A stretch of 64,000 bases of DNA, from the IMG/VR virus record IMGVR_UViG_3300006103_001171. The stretch is one strand, 5' to 3'. This document shows, piece by piece, positions 58,532 to 64,000 of the stretch (positions are counted from its first letter, which is position 1; the number at the start of each line of letters is the position of its first letter). Both the position numbers and the translations under genes were made by a program. The DNA comes from an uncultured virus (IMG/VR IMGVR_UViG_3300006103_001171). Lineage: Duplodnaviria > Heunggongvirae > Uroviricota > Caudoviricetes. The notes below the pieces were generated by a model. That model did not search any database, was not told where the DNA came from, and was given only the letters and a program-made list of their open reading frames with translations.

Positions 58532-58614
58532 AAGATGATTTCAGCAAATAAATAGGATAAAAATTTACACTTAAAATGCAAATCGAAAGGGTTCAAATCC
58601 CTAAAAATCATCTT
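58532..58614 (+). ncRNA. Stem-CAGCAA RNA containing tRNA-like arms
   Basis: aagatgattt/aaatcatctt stem, CAGCAA, CTTAAAA loop, and T arm aggg-TTCAAAT-ccct. Confidence 0.55.
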
Positions 58615-58687
58615 GTTTTTTATTAACATATTAAATAATAGTAGAGTTTATATTTACATTTTCATAAACTCTACTATATTTATTAAT

Positions 58688-59356
58688 ATGAGAAAAGATA
58701 TTATAGAAAAAGAAAATGATGTTTTACAAATGATTGCAAATAATGACCCTAAAGCAATGATTTGTAGGTTTTTAAATTGTAGACCAGAGGTTCTTGAAAA
58801 ATATTTAAAATTAAAGGGTATTAAATATAGTGGTAATCGTAGAATGGTTGGTCGGAGAAATCATCCGCATAAAAAATCTGTGGATGAATATTTGGCTCAA
58901 GATAGGATATCAATACATAAATTAAGAATTAAACTTATAGAAGAGGGTATTAAAAAAAATGAGTGTGAAAATTGTAAATTAACTGAATGGTGTGGAAGTA
59001 AAATTCCTTTAGAGTTGCATCATATAGATGGAAATAAATTAAATAACGATTTAAATAACCTACAAATCTTATGTCCAAATTGCCATGCGTTAACACCAAA
59101 TCACGCTGGAAAAAAGAATAAAAAGAAATTTGAAGATAAAGCTATCCATAAAAGAATAAAACTTTGTAAATGCGGCAAGACAATAAAAAAAACTAGTAAT
59201 GAATGTCTTAGTTGTTATCATGAAAAACAACGTAAGATTAAAAATGCTAATTTAACGGAATTAATAGATAGTGTTAATAAAATTGGTTATTTAGCGACTG
59301 GTAGAAAATATGGTGTTAGTGATAACACAATTAGAAAATATATAAACAAAAAATAA
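58688..59356 (+). CDS. HNH homing endonuclease
   Basis: 'CENC...LELHHIDG...N...NLQILCPNCHA'; start taken at MRKDII. Confidence 0.85.
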   Translation: MRKDIIEKENDVLQMIANNDPKAMICRFLNCRPEVLEKYLKLKGIKYSGNRRMVGRRNHPHKKSVDEYLAQDRISIHKLRIKLIEEGIKKNECENCKLTEWCGSKIPLELHHIDGNKLNNDLNNLQILCPNCHALTPNHAGKKNKKKFEDKAIHKRIKLCKCGKTIKKTSNECLSCYHEKQRKIKNANLTELIDSVNKIGYLATGRKYGVSDNTIRKYINKK

Positions 59357-60157
59357 ATGTTTTACGTTATTCAAGAGAATGTCTTTAGGGAAGAACATTA
59401 TGATATGTTAATTGATTTAATCAAACGACATAAGTTTGAATATGATATAGTTAAATATCGACCATTTTTAAATGAGATAGTTGCACTTCCAGTTGAAAAT
59501 GATGGTGAACAACAAGAAGACGTTATTTATAAAACAGACCGTAAAAATGTTTTTTGTTTCGGTGCTGTTTCAATGGCCAAAGCTGCCACAAAGTATGGTT
59601 GGAACCCTGGTTCAATGATGAATAAAAACCATGACTATGAAGTATATGGAAAAGCATTTGGATTTGAAAACATGTTAAATGGCGAGGGTCATGTTATCAA
59701 TTTTATTGATAAAATACCTATTGATAACTTTTTATTCTTCGCAAGACCAACAAGAGATACGAAGGTTTTTTCAGGACAAATATTTACACAAGATTCTTGG
59801 AAAGAATACGTTGCTGCTGTTAGACATATCAGTGATGAAACAAAAATTCTTATTTCTCCCTTAAAACAGATTCAACAAGAAGTTAGATGCTGGGTTATTG
59901 GTGGTAAGATAGTAACTGCAAGTTCATATAAGATAGGTACTCGTGTAGTTTATACCAACTATGATGATGAAACATTCTTTACAGACTTCGCACAAAAGAT
60001 GATTGATGTATATCAACCAGCCGAAGCATTCGTTATTGATATTGCCTTGGCTAACGACAAATTGAGTGTCATTGAAATTAATAATATCAATTCAGCTGGA
60101 TTTTATGATTGTAATATGGTAAAACTCATAACAGCGTTAGAAAATCATTTTAATTAA
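59357..60157 (+). CDS. ATP-grasp protein (R2K/DUF4343-like)
   Basis: 'FARP...K.FSG', 'EVRCWVI.G' and 'VIDIA...VIEIN..N.AGFY'. Confidence 0.7.
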   Translation: MFYVIQENVFREEHYDMLIDLIKRHKFEYDIVKYRPFLNEIVALPVENDGEQQEDVIYKTDRKNVFCFGAVSMAKAATKYGWNPGSMMNKNHDYEVYGKAFGFENMLNGEGHVINFIDKIPIDNFLFFARPTRDTKVFSGQIFTQDSWKEYVAAVRHISDETKILISPLKQIQQEVRCWVIGGKIVTASSYKIGTRVVYTNYDDETFFTDFAQKMIDVYQPAEAFVIDIALANDKLSVIEINNINSAGFYDCNMVKLITALENHFN

Positions 60158-60179
60158 GCTACTTTCGGGTAGCTTTTTT
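60156..60179 (+). terminator. Intrinsic terminator
   Basis: aagctact-TTCG-ggtagctt followed by a T-run. Confidence 0.75.
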
Positions 60180-60212
60180 ATTTTATAGAAATATTTATAT
60201 AAAAGTCGTTTA

Positions 60213-62531
60213 ATGAAATTATATAAATTATATTCCCAATTACTTAACGAGGATTTTAAATCACAAACTGTTAATTTTATCAGACAAGGATTTGAACCAG
60301 ATATTGTTAAGTCATACATTGATAAATTCAAACACATACGAGATAATAAATACAAAGAAATCTTTGATGAAAATTTAAAAGTATCTGTACCTTCAAAAGA
60401 AAGGTTAAATATTGATGCTTATAAAAATTTCCATGATTTGGAGGTTGTTGTTGATTATGTATCTGGTAAAAGAGCCGTCAATACCAATATGACAAAAGGC
60501 GGTAAAGAAAATATTGAAGTTGATGGAACCCCAATTTATGATGATAAAAATTATGAAGTTTATTATGCTGATACACCTAGAGCTTGTATAAAGTATAAGG
60601 GTAAATTTCCGTATTCTTGGTGTGTTGCTAGGTCGGATTCAGCGAATATGTTTTACACTTATCGTTTTAAACCCTACGAACCAGCTTTTTATTTCATTAA
60701 GAATAAAAAGGAAACTGATAAGGAATTTAGTCTTTGGAACATGGGTAAGAATGTGTTTCAAGGTAAATTTAGTAACCCTTATCACTTTTTTGTTATTCAA
60801 GTTCCAAAAAATGCAAATATTGATGATAACAAAACACAACAGTATATTGTAACATCAGCAAATAATGATGGTGATAAACAAATGAGTTGGGATGAAATTA
60901 TTGCTATAAATCCTAATTTAAATTCAATTAAAGAAGTCTTAGTACCTAAACCACTCAGTGAAGGTGAAAGAAAGAAAATTGAAAGATTTAAAAATGGTAT
61001 TAATGATAAGGAATTTGCTAAGTTAACCTATGAAGAAAAAAGAGATTATCTGGATATATACCCAACAATTGGTAGACCAATAACATCAAAACAATTAAAG
61101 GAGTTACCAGATGACCTACTAAATTTATATGTTTCTTTTGGTATTGGTTTAGATGATGAAGGTTTTGAATTTATAAAACCTAAAAAAGACATTCTTAAAA
61201 GATATGCTCAAATAAGCAAAAGAAAACTTGAAGAATACTTAAAAACAGACAATTATCAGAGAAAACAACTTAAGATGATGTATAGTGAGTTAATTGTTTT
61301 ATCCGATGAAGACATTAAGAGTTATTTGGAAAGTTTAAAACCTTATGAGATAAAACAATTTATACGTTTAAATGGTGAAGATAAATTTGAATTATTAGAA
61401 AAGCATTTACCTGATAAATTTGGTGCTCAGTTTCAATCTAATAAACAGCTTATTTTAATGGCCCAGTCTGGTGATGAAGAAGCATTAAACAAATTAGCTT
61501 CATTAATACCAGAAGATATCGAATTTGATTTTTATGGTAAGTACATAGTATTTGAATTTGACAATACTGATAGTGAAAAGTTAAAAAGAGAATTAGATAA
61601 CGATACATTGGATTTTTATAGTAGACTAGATTATAACGAATGGAATAGCAGTTATAATAATGATTATTATTTTGATGATGAATCTTCCCTAAATGATACT
61701 TACGATTTTCATATTGAATCGGTGTTAAAAGATGATGAAACACTAAGAGATGATTTACTTAGAATTGGAATCCAACCAGATTTAGAGTCTGTTAAGGATT
61801 TATTAGTAACATATAAAAAAGATTCATCAATTAAAGAATACATGGAAGAAAAGTATTCAGAAGGTAGAGATAATGCTCAAGAAAAAACATGGGAAAAACT
61901 TAGGGATGGTATAAAATCAATAGCTTATATTGATGATTATCGTAATTATAGTGTTTATATTAATGTTGCTTCTTTTGTATTTTACTTGAACGATAATGAA
62001 TTTTTAACATCGGATATTGATAATTTTATTACAAAAATGGCATATTTACTTGAAAATATAATGGAGGATAACGACCAAATTAGTTATGTTGAAAGCATGT
62101 ATGATGAGGTAAATGAAGGTGGTTATGATTTTACCGTTGGTAATGAAGTAAATGAAAGAGTTAAAAGTGAGATTCAAGATGCCATATATGAATTTACATC
62201 TCAAGATGATGAAGATGAAACAGATTATGCGAATAATTTAGATTCATCAAAAATTCATAAACTTAAAGGTGAGGTTATTAAATTATTAAATGATACACTT
62301 CGTAATCTAGGTCAATCAGAAACTGCGTCAACAATTGAAAATGACATTGTAAGAATTGATATTGATAGACAAAGATTCCATTTAGATGGTAAAGTATTTG
62401 TTAGTATAACTGACAAACAAAATAATAAAAAACATGATGGTTATGTTTATATAAAAGACTTACCAACTTACTTTAAAAATTATAAATTGTTTGAAACAAT
62501 ACAAAGAATAAAATCAATAATTAAGTATTAA
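60213..62531 (+). CDS. Large hypothetical protein
   Basis: 772-aa ORF with 'ACIKY...SWCVA' motif and an acidic C-terminal half. Confidence 0.75.
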   Translation: MKLYKLYSQLLNEDFKSQTVNFIRQGFEPDIVKSYIDKFKHIRDNKYKEIFDENLKVSVPSKERLNIDAYKNFHDLEVVVDYVSGKRAVNTNMTKGGKENIEVDGTPIYDDKNYEVYYADTPRACIKYKGKFPYSWCVARSDSANMFYTYRFKPYEPAFYFIKNKKETDKEFSLWNMGKNVFQGKFSNPYHFFVIQVPKNANIDDNKTQQYIVTSANNDGDKQMSWDEIIAINPNLNSIKEVLVPKPLSEGERKKIERFKNGINDKEFAKLTYEEKRDYLDIYPTIGRPITSKQLKELPDDLLNLYVSFGIGLDDEGFEFIKPKKDILKRYAQISKRKLEEYLKTDNYQRKQLKMMYSELIVLSDEDIKSYLESLKPYEIKQFIRLNGEDKFELLEKHLPDKFGAQFQSNKQLILMAQSGDEEALNKLASLIPEDIEFDFYGKYIVFEFDNTDSEKLKRELDNDTLDFYSRLDYNEWNSSYNNDYYFDDESSLNDTYDFHIESVLKDDETLRDDLLRIGIQPDLESVKDLLVTYKKDSSIKEYMEEKYSEGRDNAQEKTWEKLRDGIKSIAYIDDYRNYSVYINVASFVFYLNDNEFLTSDIDNFITKMAYLLENIMEDNDQISYVESMYDEVNEGGYDFTVGNEVNERVKSEIQDAIYEFTSQDDEDETDYANNLDSSKIHKLKGEVIKLLNDTLRNLGQSETASTIENDIVRIDIDRQRFHLDGKVFVSITDKQNNKKHDGYVYIKDLPTYFKNYKLFETIQRIKSIIKY

Positions 62532-62587
62532 AACTAGTTCTTAAAGTCACTAAAAAAAAAATTTTTTAAAAATAATTCAAAAAAAAC

Positions 62588-62629
62588 TTGACAATTCAAA
62601 AACTTTTCGTATATTTGCATATATTTATT
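62588..62629 (+). promoter_or_regulatory. tRNA-array promoter, copy 4
   Basis: TTGACAattcaaaaacttttcgTATATTTGcaTATATTTATT. Confidence 0.8.
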
Positions 62630-62653
62630 AACAACAAGTAACAATTAAAAGAT

Positions 62654-62752
62654 ATGAAAAAGGCATATACATATTATCAACCGAAAACGCAAGGGGGCAA
62701 AACTCCTAATAGGCTGGGTGTATCTTTTTCTGATGAAGATGATTGTAAGTAA
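62654..62752 (+). CDS. Putative attenuator leader peptide 3 (Tyr/Thr/Gln/Pro/Gly/Lys)
   Basis: MKKAYTYYQPKTQGGKTPNRLGVSFSDEDDCK*. Confidence 0.75.
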   Translation: MKKAYTYYQPKTQGGKTPNRLGVSFSDEDDCK

Positions 62753-62772
62753 ACAATTAGTAAGATATAAGT

Positions 62773-62809
62773 AAACCCCAGTCTGATGAAAATTCAAACT
62801 GGGGTTTTT
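62773..62809 (+). terminator. Intrinsic terminator/attenuator of tRNA array 4
   Basis: aaaccccagt...actggggttttt, ending just before tRNA-Pro. Confidence 0.85.
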
Positions 62810-62815
62810 AATTTT

Positions 62816-62890
62816 CGGGAAGTTCCACAGATGGCTATATGGGCTTGTTTTGGAGACAAGTGTTCGCTCGTTCGAATCGAGTTTTCCCGA
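62816..62890 (+). tRNA. tRNA-Pro (TGG)
   Basis: cttgt-TTTGGAG-acaag; acceptor cgggaag/tttcccg-A. Confidence 0.75.
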
Positions 62891-62939
62891 CACAGATTGG
62901 TTGGTACCGTAGACAGCAAAAATAAGGAACGGTATAAAA

Positions 62940-63027
62940 CTAAGTGTGTAGTCAATCGAAGACGACTCCCTTTGGAGCGGAGAATAGCTGTAAAAGGCTT
63001 ATGCAGGTTCGAGCCCTGTCACTTAGA
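62940..63027 (+). tRNA. tRNA-Pro (TGG)-like, long variable arm
   Basis: Acceptor ctaagtg/cacttag, TTTGGAG loop, gcagg-TTCGAGC-cctgt. Confidence 0.55.
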
Positions 63028-63034
63028 CTAAAAT

Positions 63035-63106
63035 TGGGTTGTGGTGTAATGGTAACTACGTGTGGTTTTGGTCCACAAGTTTGGGGTTCGAGTCCCTACA
63101 ACCCAA
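63035..63106 (+). tRNA. tRNA-Gln (TTG)
   Basis: tgtgg-TTTTGGT-ccaca. Confidence 0.85.
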
Positions 63107-63191
63107 CAAAGTAAAGAAGTAATTGGGTTAGCTGTTTTCCGTGGCTGGTCTGATGAAGGTTAAGTCCTTATGATTAAATAACGGATAAATT

Positions 63192-63263
63192 GGGATAGCC
63201 AGCAGGGTTCTGAAGACAGTCTGTAAAACTGAACTTCGTGTGTTTCGAGTACACCCTATCCCA
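63192..63263 (+). tRNA. tRNA-Tyr (GTA), atypical short form
   Basis: cagt-CTGTAAA-actg; acceptor gggatag/ctatccc-A. Confidence 0.55.
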
Positions 63264-63268
63264 CATTT

Positions 63269-63350
63269 GGGTCAGTCGCATAGAGGCAATTGCCGCGGAC
63301 TGTAAATCCGCTCTCTTCGGAGTTCACAGGTTCGAGTCCTGTTTGGCCCA
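63269..63350 (+). tRNA. tRNA-Tyr (GTA)
   Basis: gcgga-CTGTAAA-tccgc; long variable arm. Confidence 0.85.
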
Positions 63351-63358
63351 CAAAAAAT

Positions 63359-63429
63359 GCCTCCAAAGCATATATGGTGATGTACCTGACTTGTAATCAG
63401 GGAAGTTGATTCGAGTTCAACTGGAGGCT
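63359..63429 (+). tRNA. tRNA-Thr (TGT)
   Basis: cctga-CTTGTAA-tcagg. Confidence 0.8.
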
Positions 63430-63450
63430 CAAGAGTCTTATATAAAAAAT

Positions 63451-63522
63451 GCGGATATAGCACAGTGGTTAGTGTTGGGGTCTTCCAAACCTCAGACGTC
63501 AGTTCGAATCTGACTATCCGCT
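63451..63522 (+). tRNA. tRNA-Gly (TCC)
   Basis: ggggt-CTTCCAA-acctc; acceptor gcggata/tatccgc-T. Confidence 0.85.
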
Positions 63523-63681
63523 CATTGGCTAATTTATTTTATAAAATAAATTTGTTTTGATTATGGAAAAAAATTGACTTTTATTGTATTTATATGTATA
63601 TTTGTGACGTAAAAAAGTTTTATAAATAGTGCTTTTGAAATATCTAAGCCACACATAACAAATAAAAATTAATTAATTAAA

Positions 63682-63954
63682 ATGGATTTAAAGTCTGGTA
63701 TCAGAAATCCCGAACAGTTACGGGTTGCAATTGAGATTGCTAAGTTAAATAATGAATTTTATTCTGATGCTGTATGGGCAATCCATAAGTATAAGTGGTA
63801 TAATTGGTATCAGAATCTGCACATTAAAGAAAATAGTCTAGAGGATATTGAGAATACTAAAATCTTTAATCAATTAGAAACTGAATATCCGAGTATTCAT
63901 GTGGATATTGAAAAAAATATTGATTATGAGATTATTAAAGCTAGTGCAAATTAA
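63682..63954 (+). CDS. Hypothetical protein
   Basis: 90-aa ORF followed by a hairpin and T-run. Confidence 0.55.
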   Translation: MDLKSGIRNPEQLRVAIEIAKLNNEFYSDAVWAIHKYKWYNWYQNLHIKENSLEDIENTKIFNQLETEYPSIHVDIEKNIDYEIIKASAN

Positions 63955-64000
63955 TTTAAGATTTAAAAAGACGTAGAAATACGTCTTTTTTTATTTAGTT

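Noticed and set aside
36255..62617. Four near-identical repeats of about 40 bp as a CRISPR array or mobile-element ends
   Set aside because: They are dispersed over kilobases, have no spacers or cas genes, and match promoter boxes.
63150..63175. CTGATGA as a hammerhead ribozyme core (also near 62783)
   Set aside because: No correctly placed GAAA and three-stem junction; the 62783 copy lies in a terminator loop.
1..64000. Stop-codon reassignment, as seen in some large phages
   Set aside because: Long ORFs are intact in code 11, genes end in TAA, TAG and TGA, and no suppressor anticodon was seen. The split genes are explained by insertions.

Overview
AT-rich, gene-dense segment of a large (jumbo-type) tailed phage genome in the standard genetic code. 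The host is probably Bacteroidota, inferred from recurring TAnnTTTG -7 promoter boxes and A-rich leaders lacking Shine-Dalgarno sites. In order, the window holds: tail/baseplate-like structural genes; a replication/recombination block (RuvC-like resolvase, primase, PD-(D/E)XK nuclease, SbcD/SbcC-like pair); a sigma70-family factor; a split Ro60/TROVE-like (DUF2828) gene; dnaJ, clpP and a tmRNA; four tRNA arrays (about 27 tRNA or tRNA-like genes); an RNA/DNA repair block (Pnk-2H phosphoesterase, Rnl1, DNA ligase, Rnl2, Pth2-like); and many homing endonucleases. The most striking signal is that three tRNA arrays each follow the layout promoter, short unannotated leader ORF, intrinsic terminator. 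Each leader's codons mirror the anticodons of its own downstream array, and each leader contains a segment able to pair with the terminator 5' arm. This looks like multivalent, ribosome-mediated attenuation that turns phage tRNAs on when those tRNAs are depleted. Other highlights: a dispersed family of stem-(C)AGCAA ncRNAs (Y-RNA-like, some with tRNA parts), HNH cassettes carrying replacement tRNAs, one split-intein gene, and three genes fractured by endonucleases with no visible intein or intron. All calls come from reading the sequence by eye; no searches or folding programs were run.
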